The notes under the pieces: model-generated | What the model saw: the letters and a program-made list of their open reading frames with translations, nothing else | The model's database searches: none | What the model was told of the DNA's origin: nothing | Position numbers and translations under genes: made by a program | Assembly: GCA_023515795.1 (NCBI GenBank) | Contig: JALGPX010000014.1 | Coordinates: forward strand, 124,001 to 188,000 | DNA from: Amoeboaphelidium occidentale | Lineage: Eukaryota | Length of the DNA: 64,000 bases | Direction: 5' to 3' | Part shown: positions 47,874-57,548 of the stretch, in pieces | How positions within the stretch are numbered: position 1 is the stretch's first letter | Layout: each line of letters starts with the position of its first letter

Positions 47874-49124
47874 TTATCGTCTTTTAGGTTTAACTTGATT
47901 TGGGTTCTTCTTACCGAAACCAATAACTGTTGTTCCTGACGCATGACTTGCTTTCTTATTTAAATGCTGGTTAGTTGAAATAGAACCAAATCCTTCAAAC
48001 ACGCCATTAACCATGTCATCCCATAGCTTCTCTTGTTTCTTCTTTTCGTACTGTTGCTTCTTCACACCTCTTATATACTCTTTCTGATCTTCTCTAAGAA
48101 CCACATCGTTGTTTCTTCCTCCTTTAGGTTTTGGAATAGAGTACACTGTGCCTCTTAAGCGATACTGAAAGTTTCTTTTCAAATAATACGTGACTTTTCC
48201 TGTTTCTGAATCCACGCTACAGCTTGTTCTCAACAAAGAAGCATTACCACATTGTGGACAAAATCTTTTAGACATGTCTTTGGCAATATTGTAGCAAGCG
48301 TGACATCTAAGAACGTACATTTTCAGCTGCTTGATTTGCATACCATCAATAGAAACTAAACCGAGTCCCATTTGCAACAAAACATTCTGAACAGCGTAAT
48401 CCATACTCATACAAGCAGCGTGTTCAGTCAGGTCTTTGTTCGCTAAATCAGTTGGAGTTGAATTTTTTGCTTTAGATTTCTTGGACTTTATGTTCTTTGG
48501 CGTAATCCAACCATCATCATCATCATCTTCTTCTTCTTCCTGTTCATCTTCGACAGCATCATCTTCTATGTTTAAGTCTTGAGCATCAATACATAATTCC
48601 TGAACATTATCAGTGAGATCTTTGGAATCATCTTCGTCGCTCTGTTCTTCAGCATCTTCACCTTCAGCAGACGGTGCTGGCGATGGTGGCGTGTACCAAC
48701 CGTCTGGTTCCTGCTTTGAACTATTGCTTCCATCACCACCAACTTGTACCTTCTCAAAAAGAGGCGTGTCTTTAAGTGCAAGCTCTCTGCCATACTCTTT
48801 GCACAATTGCACTTCAAGATCAAGGCACAAAGCAACAACTTCCATATCAGTCCTGCTCAGTACCGCGAAATCTCCTGTCTTCTTTGCGAATTCCACTACT
48901 TTCTTGTAGCTATCCGCACTTGGCACTCTTTGCACGATATCAGCAACTGGAAGCAATTGATTAGCAACATTTTGAGAGGTTTCCTTGTCGCGTATTTCAG
49001 CCATAACAGAGGGCGTAACATAAAATTTCTCCGCCAACAGATGAAGGTTTCCATTAGAAATTCCTTTAAAGAACGCACCGGCATCCAAAATCAGCGCTTT
49101 ACAACGGCGTTTATCTTCAATCAT
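47874..49124 (-). CDS. NOB1: 20S pre-rRNA D-site endonuclease Nob1
   Basis: ILDAGAF, EIRD, KKTGDFAVLS, WITP, DYAVQNVLLQMG, LRCHAC...FCPQCGN. Confidence 0.95.
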   Translation of the reverse strand: MIEDKRRCKALILDAGAFFKGISNGNLHLLAEKFYVTPSVMAEIRDKETSQNVANQLLPVADIVQRVPSADSYKKVVEFAKKTGDFAVLSRTDMEVVALCLDLEVQLCKEYGRELALKDTPLFEKVQVGGDGSNSSKQEPDGWYTPPSPAPSAEGEDAEEQSDEDDSKDLTDNVQELCIDAQDLNIEDDAVEDEQEEEEDDDDDGWITPKNIKSKKSKAKNSTPTDLANKDLTEHAACMSMDYAVQNVLLQMGLGLVSIDGMQIKQLKMYVLRCHACYNIAKDMSKRFCPQCGNASLLRTSCSVDSETGKVTYYLKRNFQYRLRGTVYSIPKPKGGRNNDVVLREDQKEYIRGVKKQQYEKKKQEKLWDDMVNGVFEGFGSISTNQHLNKKASHASGTTVIGFGKKNPNQVKPKRR

Positions 49125-49144
49125 TTCAAGCAAGCAAAAGCCAA

Positions 49145-50140
49145 ATGACTCAAGAGGAATTTAAAGCGCGGCTAAAAGACGCCAGGGTTCTCTCGAATTT
49201 ATTGAAATCTATTTGCTTGAAGGATTATGTTCATGTTCGTATTACGAAGGATAAGGGAATTATGCTAATGACTGAAACAGCCAAATGTTTACAAGCAAAG
49301 GCATTCATTACTAAAGGGCTGTTTGAGGATTATGATTTCGTAAATGGTCATGAAGGTGCAGAGGAGGAAGAAGAGGAGGATTATGACTTTTCTATAAATG
49401 CTTCCCACGTTATTGAATGCCTCGATATATTTGGTCACGGCTCAAGCGCTGTTTCATCTGCTGGTCACAATTCGAACGCATCTGGTGCTGCTTCAGCCAA
49501 AACTAATACTGCAGAGTCAATGCATTCCACACAGTGTAGACTGAAATATGAGCGTGGCTCGGATTCCCTTGAAATCCTTTTAGAGGACAAGCAAGTTTTA
49601 ACAAATTGCAAGTTCGCCATATTTGATGATTACGAAATAAGACCATGGTCTTTTGTGCAGGATAACGAAATACTGGGGAAAATTATTATGGATTCTAGTG
49701 CGTTTAGTGAAGCAATGCTGGATTACCAGAATCTTGGTTCTGTTCCCGGAAACGGCTCAAACAATGATCACATCACCTTTGAGTTTTCTGTTGACGGTCT
49801 AATTCTTAAAGGCATGGATATCGAAGTTCTAATTGAAAAGGATGGAGAAGTTGTTGATTTTTATAATTGCGGCAAGGAATGTTCTTTCATGTACCGATTT
49901 GGTTTGTTACAAATTGCGTTAAAGATGGTAGGCGTTTCATCTAAAACATCTATTAGAATCAATGATGTTGGCATTCTATCTATACAGTACATGCTACGGA
50001 CAGCTAAAGGAGAATCCTTATTCATTGAATACCTGGTAAACTTTTTAAGACTTGTGAAACTGATTTTGTAGTGTCTACCTCTAACAGAAGATGATGAGGA
50101 CAACAGCGAAAAACAAGAGCTAGAACACTACAGTGATTAG
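49145..50140 (+). CDS. RAD1: 9-1-1 checkpoint clamp subunit Rad1 (S. cerevisiae Rad17 family); intron 50036-50071
   Basis: FKARL, CLQAKAFI..LF, ECLDIFG, SSKTSIRIND.GILSIQYM, spliced IEYL|CLP. Confidence 0.88.
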
Positions 50141-50870
50141 CATTATCTTTATTAAATACCCATATTTAAAACCCTGATACATTTGTTTGAAACGTATTCG
50201 TTAGGTCGGGTTTATCGCGCAGAGCTCCAGCTGAAGCGTCTACATGCCGTGCTACAATTATTCATCATGACTCCTTATATCCGCGAAAACTTTCGTAGTA
50301 TACCGTACATAGAGGCTTTGTGATAACTCTAAACACTATCACATCACTTTTCGTTGAGAGAAGGATTGTCCTGAACTCCGAGTTCATAAATGCAACAGAT
50401 GTCAGTCATTCGCAGGATAAACTTTTGTAATCTTAGAATGTCCACAGAAATATTTTCTGTGCGTGATATTTTTGCCTTGTTACAATGCAGGTTCGTCACA
50501 TCGTTACAACTCTGACAATGACCATCTAACTACATAAGAGCTCACAAATAAGAACGACCATCAGGCTTCGTGTAGCAATGAACAGCGCATTCGATGCTTT
50601 CTGAGGCGTCTACCGCTAGTCTGAAGCTCAGAACTTTGNGAATGTCCACAGAAATATTTTCTGTGCGTGATATTTTTGCCTTGTTACAATGCAGGTTCGT
50701 CACATCGTTACAACTCTGACAATGACAATATATCTCCGTATGAATCCACAAATAAGAACGACCATCAGGCTTCGTGTAGCAATGAACAGCGCATTCGATG
50801 CTTTCTGAGGCGTCTACCGCTAGTCTGAAGCTCAGAACTTTGATGCACGATTTGCCCGTTCTTTTTCAAA

Positions 50871-53284
50871 ATGGTTTTCCAGTTTCCAAGGACATTCACT
50901 GTAATTAATAATACACAACTACGCCGCTTTCTTCACAAGCAAACTACTACTACGAAGAAGAATCTTCTTTACTTTCCTTATGGAGAAGCCAGTTTCGAAG
51001 ATCTGAGAAAGCAAGGCTGTTTCTTTGTCGATAACACTCGNTTTGCCCGTTCTTTTTCAAAATGGTTTTCCAGTTTCCAAGGACATTCACTGTAATTCAT
51101 AATACACAACTACGCCGCTTTCTTCACAAGCAAACTACCAAGAAGAAGAATCTTCTTTACTTTCCTTATGGAGAAGCCAGTTTCGAAGATCTGAGAAAGC
51201 AAGGCTGTTTCTTTGTCGATAACACTCGTTATTTGGCGAAGATCGAAAAAAAGGAAGAAGACTTTCACTCTTCCGTCCGCCAAGATGGGGCAAGTCACTG
51301 TTCGCTAGTACAATGGAAGCGTACTACTGTGCTTTGAATAACAAAGAGAAGAATCCTGCCAAGTTTGATAAGTTGTTTGGTGATACTTATATAGGCAAGA
51401 ATACTACTGAAGAACAAGGCAAATATGTTGTCCTCTTCTGGGACTTTTCTATTGACACTTCTGGTGATGTCAATTTGATGAGGAAATCCTTGTACAAATC
51501 TATAAACGAAGCAATTGATGGTTGTCAAGTCAAATACAAAGACTTACTAAAGGAAAACGTAGAAATTGATCACGAGGATGCAATGATAACATTTAAAAAA
51601 TTTGCTAGACTGGTGAAGAGCTCCGGTTACCCTCTGTACTTGATCATTGATGAATACGACCGCTTTGCAAATAAGCTATTATTCGAGACTCCTGATGCTT
51701 ACAAGAATATGATATCCGGTAAAAGTGGTGATCCTAAAAGTTCTGTTATTCGCAATGTTCTTGAGACTGTAAAGACTGTAGGTAGAAGAGGCGGACTAAA
51801 AACGTTTATTACTGGCATCAGTCCGATGGCTATGGCCGATGCTTCTGGGTACAATATTTGCGAAAATGTTACACATGATTCAGAATTGGCAGGAATTGTC
51901 GGATTTGAAGAAAATGATTTACGTGATGCATTGGAGAAAGTATTTCCTGACGATCCTGGTTCTGTCAAGGAGCATTTGGATGTTATGAAAGAATGGTACA
52001 ATGGTTGCAGAATGCATAAAGATGGACCGCTACTTTTCAACTCAACCCTCAGCCTGTATTATTTGAAAAATATTTGGAGTGGTAAATCAAATACTGAGTT
52101 CAATATGCTGGATGATAACACAAAGATATCGGAAAGCATTTTCGAACTGATTTCAAAGAATCCCAACACCAACCTCTTAATTACTGGTTTGTATAATGGG
52201 GAAGGACAGTCTGTTCATATTCAAAAGACGTTCAGACTACTTGATTTGTTGNAAAGATGGACCGCTACTTTTCAACTCAACCCTCAGCCTGTATTATTTG
52301 AAAAATATTTGGAGTGGTAAATCAAATACTGAGTTCAATATGCTAGATCAGAACACAAAGATATCGGAAAGCATTTTCGAACTGATTTCAAAGAATCCCA
52401 ACAGCAACTTCTTAATTACTGGTTTGTATAATGGGGAAGGACAGTCTGTTCATATTCAAAAGACGTTCAGACTACTTGATTTGTTGACTGGCATCCATAA
52501 TATTTCCCGTGATTATCTCCTTAGTTTCATGTTCCATCAAGGTGTTGTAACGTTTTCAGAGGAGGGAAAATTGGTTATTCCGAACAGGGTGGCAAAAGAT
52601 CAGTTCTTCGACAGGATCCGCAAATTGATAAGATCTTCATCATTGGAACATGTTTCTACTTTTTTTCGTTCTCCGTCGCCACGGTCAATTATTAAGATTA
52701 TTGATTCTACTACAAAAGATATCTTACAGCCGTCTGGGGACAGTGGCATATTTAATGAAGTTTCTTTGAAAACTGTTCTGATTGCAGCTTTTTCAATTGG
52801 CAGTTCACGTCGTGTCGAATCAGAGATCGATTTTGGCCAACAACATGGCAACAAGCGTGCTGATTTGTTGATATTTGACAAAGAGGAAAACCCTGAATTT
52901 ATCCTAGAACTCGGAGTGATAAAGCTTGGTCAAATAGTTCCCAAATCATTGATCCAGTTTGTAGACGATAAATATAAGAAAGAGTGGATTATGAACGAAG
53001 ATGGCAATAATGATTCCGTTAACGCTCATTTCTGGTCAATTGAAAAGAAGGAAGCATTTGAATCATGTTTGCAGAATCTTTCCAGCAGTGATTTAGATAC
53101 TTTGGAGCTCATCCTTAATTATAACAGACCAGATAATATTGTTACTGTTGCGGAGTTCATTAAACAGAAGAAAAAACAGTTGGAAAATTGCCGTAATATC
53201 GCTCGAAAACAGTATTCAATTGAACCAAAATCATATGTCGTTGTTAATATTGGAATGCAAACTACTATCTGTGAAGAACTTTAA
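50871..53284 (+). CDS. AAA-ATPase-like + PD-(D/E)XK nuclease protein; frameshift at 51246-51252 and two assembly overlaps
   Basis: FPYGEASFEDLR...FVDNT, Walker A RPPRWGKS (in the -1 frame), Walker B LIIDEYD, FITGISP, WYNG, and C-terminal ESEI...RADLL...ILELG. Confidence 0.8.
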
Positions 53285-54000
53285 AGTTGTTGTTGTTGCA
53301 TAAATTAGAATGTTGTGTTTTCACATGAGCGCCGTCTATTCTATAGTATAGATATTCGAGGTGATCACCCTTTTCCTGCCTAAGATCACCATAGATGCCA
53401 CATCGTTGCGTGGCATCATTTTGTCCTTTTGCAGTCATGCGGTTTTGATTCACACAATTATTACGATCGTTGTTTTTTGACAATCCTTACTACTAAAATG
53501 GTTTAATTGGGGCGTCTTGTAACGCGTGCATCTCTTTCGATCTCGTCGGATACGCAACTAAGTTACTACTAGAACTTTATTTTTTAATTACGTGACCCTT
53601 GACACGTAGATCCCCCCTGAATTGGATACTCCGTCGAGTTAGATAATCATGTGCTGGCAAAGTCCGATGATGCTTTCTTGTTTGGACCGCAACCGATGGA
53701 TGCCAAGGCGTCCTCGCCGCTTTCATTGATCAAATTGATCACATAGAGAGGGATCTGTACTGTGAGTGTAATAAGCTATGCTGCTAATGATCAAACGCGC
53801 AGTAGTTTAAGAAGAAATTAGAGCCCGCATAAGAAGATGGCGGGCTGAGGAGAGTATTACCAAGCCTGGAACGTAAACAAAAACCCACGTGACACTGAGA
53901 TTTTTGACTTGCTGCTATCTCGCGCCCAAAACAGAAACTCGAAAATGAGGCGCTGGAATATAAAATGCGATAAGCCGCCTGAACACGATTTTAATAAAAC

Positions 54001-54711
54001 ATGCCGCCTTACATTCATTATTTGTTCATCAGTTTTTACGCATTTATTACGTGGTCGCCTTGCTTTGCAGCTGTGGCTCAACCTGACTTTGAAACAGAAA
54101 GCTTGAAACTGGAGGCGTTACAAGATAATCCCAACGTGGAGTTGGTGTCAAATGGTGGCAACAATTTCATAAGCATACTGCAAAACCATAGCCTCCAAAT
54201 GAACCTCCTCAACAAGGAACGAAAGGATTTCAGTGCCAACAAAATTACTGTCACAATCTTTCTAGACGAAGGAAACACTCAAATTGGCTCTTTGAAAATA
54301 ACAGAAAAGAATAAGCTCTCGCTAAAGAGTGGCAAGAATACTTTGGAAACTAATTTTCCTTTGGAGTACAGCATCAAGATACCAGACAATTTCACCATAA
54401 CGAATGGTCAGGACCCTGCAAAGATCTTTGAACAAGTACCACGCGATAGTTTCAGTTCAGATCAGAACTCTTTGGTACGGCTAACGGCACAGATGTTGAA
54501 ACCAGCCAAATGTTACTTCTTTGATGGATCAACTGTGAAACAATTACCAAACAAGAATAGCGATCAGTACACAATGGTTCAGTACCAAATATCTATTGAC
54601 GTGAACAAGCTGCTTGGCTTCTTTTTGAAGAAACCAATGATCAAAGGAACTCTTTTGATGTACTGCCCTGACAAACCTCTGAAATCTAATTTCGTAATGT
54701 CAAGGTTTTAA
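54001..54711 (+). CDS. Hypothetical secreted or membrane-anchored protein
   Basis: Intronless 236-aa ORF with a hydrophobic N-terminus; no family recognised. Confidence 0.6.
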   Translation: MPPYIHYLFISFYAFITWSPCFAAVAQPDFETESLKLEALQDNPNVELVSNGGNNFISILQNHSLQMNLLNKERKDFSANKITVTIFLDEGNTQIGSLKITEKNKLSLKSGKNTLETNFPLEYSIKIPDNFTITNGQDPAKIFEQVPRDSFSSDQNSLVRLTAQMLKPAKCYFFDGSTVKQLPNKNSDQYTMVQYQISIDVNKLLGFFLKKPMIKGTLLMYCPDKPLKSNFVMSRF

Positions 54712-54797
54712 CAACAAAATACAAACTATAACGAAATAAATTGTCTAATAATAATAATATCTATTGTGTCTAAGTTAAAAAATTACTCCGTTTCCGG

Positions 54798-55388
54798 TCA
54801 TTCAAACTCCTCAAAGTTGCATTGACCATGTCTTGACTCGTACGCTTCCAAAATTTTAGGACACTTACGAATGGCGAGACGGCATAACCCACGATCTTCC
54901 TCAAAAATTCTTCGCGAACTCTTCGCCAATTTTGCATACAGTTTCATGTCGCAGGTCTCGATCGCAAAAGCCATCCAAGCGTCACCGTATGCTGGCGTGT
55001 CGTTCTTGGGAGCTTGATCACGCAATGAATTGTATAGAGACATGCATCCTTTTCTCAATGCTTCTCCTGCAAACTTGATCCATACTTTCCGAGGAATGTT
55101 ATAAAGATCCCATGCGTTATTGAAATGCATCTCAAATTCCCGATTATCACAAGTTCCGATTGCAGCGCTGGCCAAGTTGAGTTCATGCTTAAATGCGCGC
55201 ATGATGTTAGACTTGGCTCTTAGCTTAGCAACTGCGGCCTCGATGTCATTTGGGTCATAACGCTGGACAGATTCGATCACTTCTGGCGCAGTCTCTGATA
55301 CTTGTTGAGGGAGAGCTTTAGCAACACCACTCAAAAATAATGATACCAACAGGAAAGAAGAAATAATAAGCTTTGAGCTAAAGAGCAT
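54798..55388 (-). CDS. Hypothetical small secreted Cys-containing protein
   Basis: 196 aa with signal-peptide-like MLFSSKLIISSFLLVSLFLSGVAKA and six Cys. Confidence 0.7.
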   Translation of the reverse strand: MLFSSKLIISSFLLVSLFLSGVAKALPQQVSETAPEVIESVQRYDPNDIEAAVAKLRAKSNIMRAFKHELNLASAAIGTCDNREFEMHFNNAWDLYNIPRKVWIKFAGEALRKGCMSLYNSLRDQAPKNDTPAYGDAWMAFAIETCDMKLYAKLAKSSRRIFEEDRGLCRLAIRKCPKILEAYESRHGQCNFEEFE

Positions 55389-55567
55389 TGAAATATTGAA
55401 AAAATGTTTTCAACGTGAAACTCCGCCACAAGGCCGTTGAAACTCCGACGTGATCGAGCACGTGAAAGCATTTTCATGTGAGTTCTAGACCCTTCTAAGT
55501 TCCGAACTTTAATTAAGGAGATTTTCAGTTTCCGGGAAATCCTGAGATACTTAAAAAGGTGTTTATT

Positions 55568-56278
55568 TTACTCGACTTTCTTTTGCAGGGATCTTAGCCT
55601 TGCATTGCCCTTGAAACACTCAATAACAGAAACAAAAGAAAACAGAGCAATACCAGATAAAAGCAAAAGAATAGACATCCACTTCAAACTCGTAGCAACT
55701 AGCAGAGATCGCAGCAGCAATTCGTAACGCTCAGGGTAAACGTTAAGGTGTGTTCTAACACAGACATTCTCAATTAAATCAGCGCACCATTGGGCAACAA
55801 CCACAGAATAACCGAGATCTTTCAACCCTTCGATCCACCCAGGGCTATTCTTGTTAGTTCTGCCTCGGAGGTACAATTCTTCATATTTGTCCAGAACCAA
55901 CTGATACGCAGCAACAAGAACAAATGCAGCCAAATGGGACACAGCAAAGAAATCAAGCAAATTATAGAACATGTACCATTCTCTTCCTGTAACACCCATG
56001 AAAGCGACTTGCTGAACAATGTAATCTTCAGAGCGTGGAGGAAATATTTCATCTGGAATGTCGATTGTATGTCTTCGGTAAATAAATTCGTCTTTGGATG
56101 GATTTTGCATGTCTACTCCAGGCTTTAGTTGCACTTTACCATCTGCGCTGGAGAAGGCGTTTCTTATCGTAAATCTGATCTTGTCCTCAAATGTTTTAAT
56201 GTACAGAAGCAGGCACACAAGCACAGTGAAAGAAATTGCGAAAGCTTTTGGAGTAATGAATGGCTTAATTGATACCAT
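55568..56278 (-). CDS. Hypothetical multi-pass membrane protein
   Basis: About four hydrophobic segments, with YxxLDFF and ADLIEN motifs. Start is at 56278 or 56398. Confidence 0.65.
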   Translation of the reverse strand: MVSIKPFITPKAFAISFTVLVCLLLYIKTFEDKIRFTIRNAFSSADGKVQLKPGVDMQNPSKDEFIYRRHTIDIPDEIFPPRSEDYIVQQVAFMGVTGREWYMFYNLLDFFAVSHLAAFVLVAAYQLVLDKYEELYLRGRTNKNSPGWIEGLKDLGYSVVVAQWCADLIENVCVRTHLNVYPERYELLLRSLLVATSLKWMSILLLLSGIALFSFVSVIECFKGNARLRSLQKKVE

Positions 56279-56435
56279 TTTTAGCGTTTTGTCAATTCGT
56301 AGAAACTTGTGGTTTGCGAACGATTTTTGAATCGGATCATAAGCCAATTGTAGCAACCTGCGGCTGAGTCTTTCCCAAACAGACTCTACTAGTTTCATTT
56401 TATCTTATGTTTATTCCATTTAAGTTAAGCGATAG

Positions 56436-57326
56436 TTATAAGTCACATGAAAGCTTATGTTGTATTTCATGAACAATATTTGCGAGACTCATCGTGTTCA
56501 TATTTTGGCAGTAATGCGCAGCCAACGTTTCAAACATCCTCTCGACTAAACCAAATCTGTCTTCTTTCAGTTTAGACAAAATGGCAACGAGCTCAGGGAA
56601 TCGATCATGTGTTACTTCGAAGACGATTCTTGAAAGAACAATTTTCTGGATCGCGATAAAGTCATAATCTCCAGCGAACTGAAACAAAGTGCGAAACCCG
56701 TCTAATCTTGGAATTTCTTGCGGAATCACAATTATATACGTCTCCAATGCTATTTTGGCAGCTTCCAACACCCAAAAAGGATAATCATTAACCGTAACCG
56801 AACGACTCTTCGAATCTGTAGAATACGCCTGTACGTGAACAACTCGACCATGGGAATGGAACACGACTTTCTTAGGAAATTGAGCTTTTTTTATGACCAA
56901 GAAGGTCGGCAAAATGTTAAGCTTGAATACGTGCCTGGTGTACAAATATAGTACCGCACTCTTGCCAAAAGGCAGTCTTACGCGAAATGAAATACCATCA
57001 ACCCAGTCCTTCTTGGAAACTGTTCTGAATTCAAATTCCGAGGGAGGTGGAAGCGATTGTACACAGAAAGCTACCGTGCATTTGTCCGTATTCCACGTAT
57101 TTTCGCCAACTTTGATTGAAACTGTATTGTACGACGCATAGCGCTTATCGCAGTTTTCACATTTAATAGTGAGGATGAAATCATTGACATCAGCGGCCTT
57201 CATTTCAAAGCGATACCCGTTTTGGAAGCTTGTGAATTCAGCTATGGTCATTTGCAAAGATATAGCAGCAATTGTTTCAACCAAGCAAAGCAGTAAGACG
57301 AACACTGGAATGACTACAGATTTCAT
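56436..57326 (-). CDS. Hypothetical secreted protein
   Basis: The first ATG (57326) gives signal-peptide-like MKSVVIPVFVLLLCLVETIAA. Confidence 0.65.
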   Translation of the reverse strand: MKSVVIPVFVLLLCLVETIAAISLQMTIAEFTSFQNGYRFEMKAADVNDFILTIKCENCDKRYASYNTVSIKVGENTWNTDKCTVAFCVQSLPPPSEFEFRTVSKKDWVDGISFRVRLPFGKSAVLYLYTRHVFKLNILPTFLVIKKAQFPKKVVFHSHGRVVHVQAYSTDSKSRSVTVNDYPFWVLEAAKIALETYIIVIPQEIPRLDGFRTLFQFAGDYDFIAIQKIVLSRIVFEVTHDRFPELVAILSKLKEDRFGLVERMFETLAAHYCQNMNTMSLANIVHEIQHKLSCDL

Positions 57327-57548
57327 GATAAATCTGACAAAAAAAATTCCTGAAGATTTTTCCTGGCCCGTGATATACCCCTGAAAATCTTCACGTGAAA
57401 ATCGCACAGTCGCCAATCAAATTATGGTTACACCAGAATCTCATGTTTCCCTAGCATTTTACAGAAAAACCATATAAAGAAATAAACTGTATTATTTAAC
57501 AAATCACTGCCTCCGTGCATAAACAGTAGCATTTCCCCCCTCTTCTAA

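Noticed and set aside
53821..53847. GC-rich inverted repeat AGCCCGC...GCGGGCT (Helitron-end-like or terminator-like)
   Set aside because: It is a single 7-bp stem with no CTRR terminus at the expected distance and no linked element.
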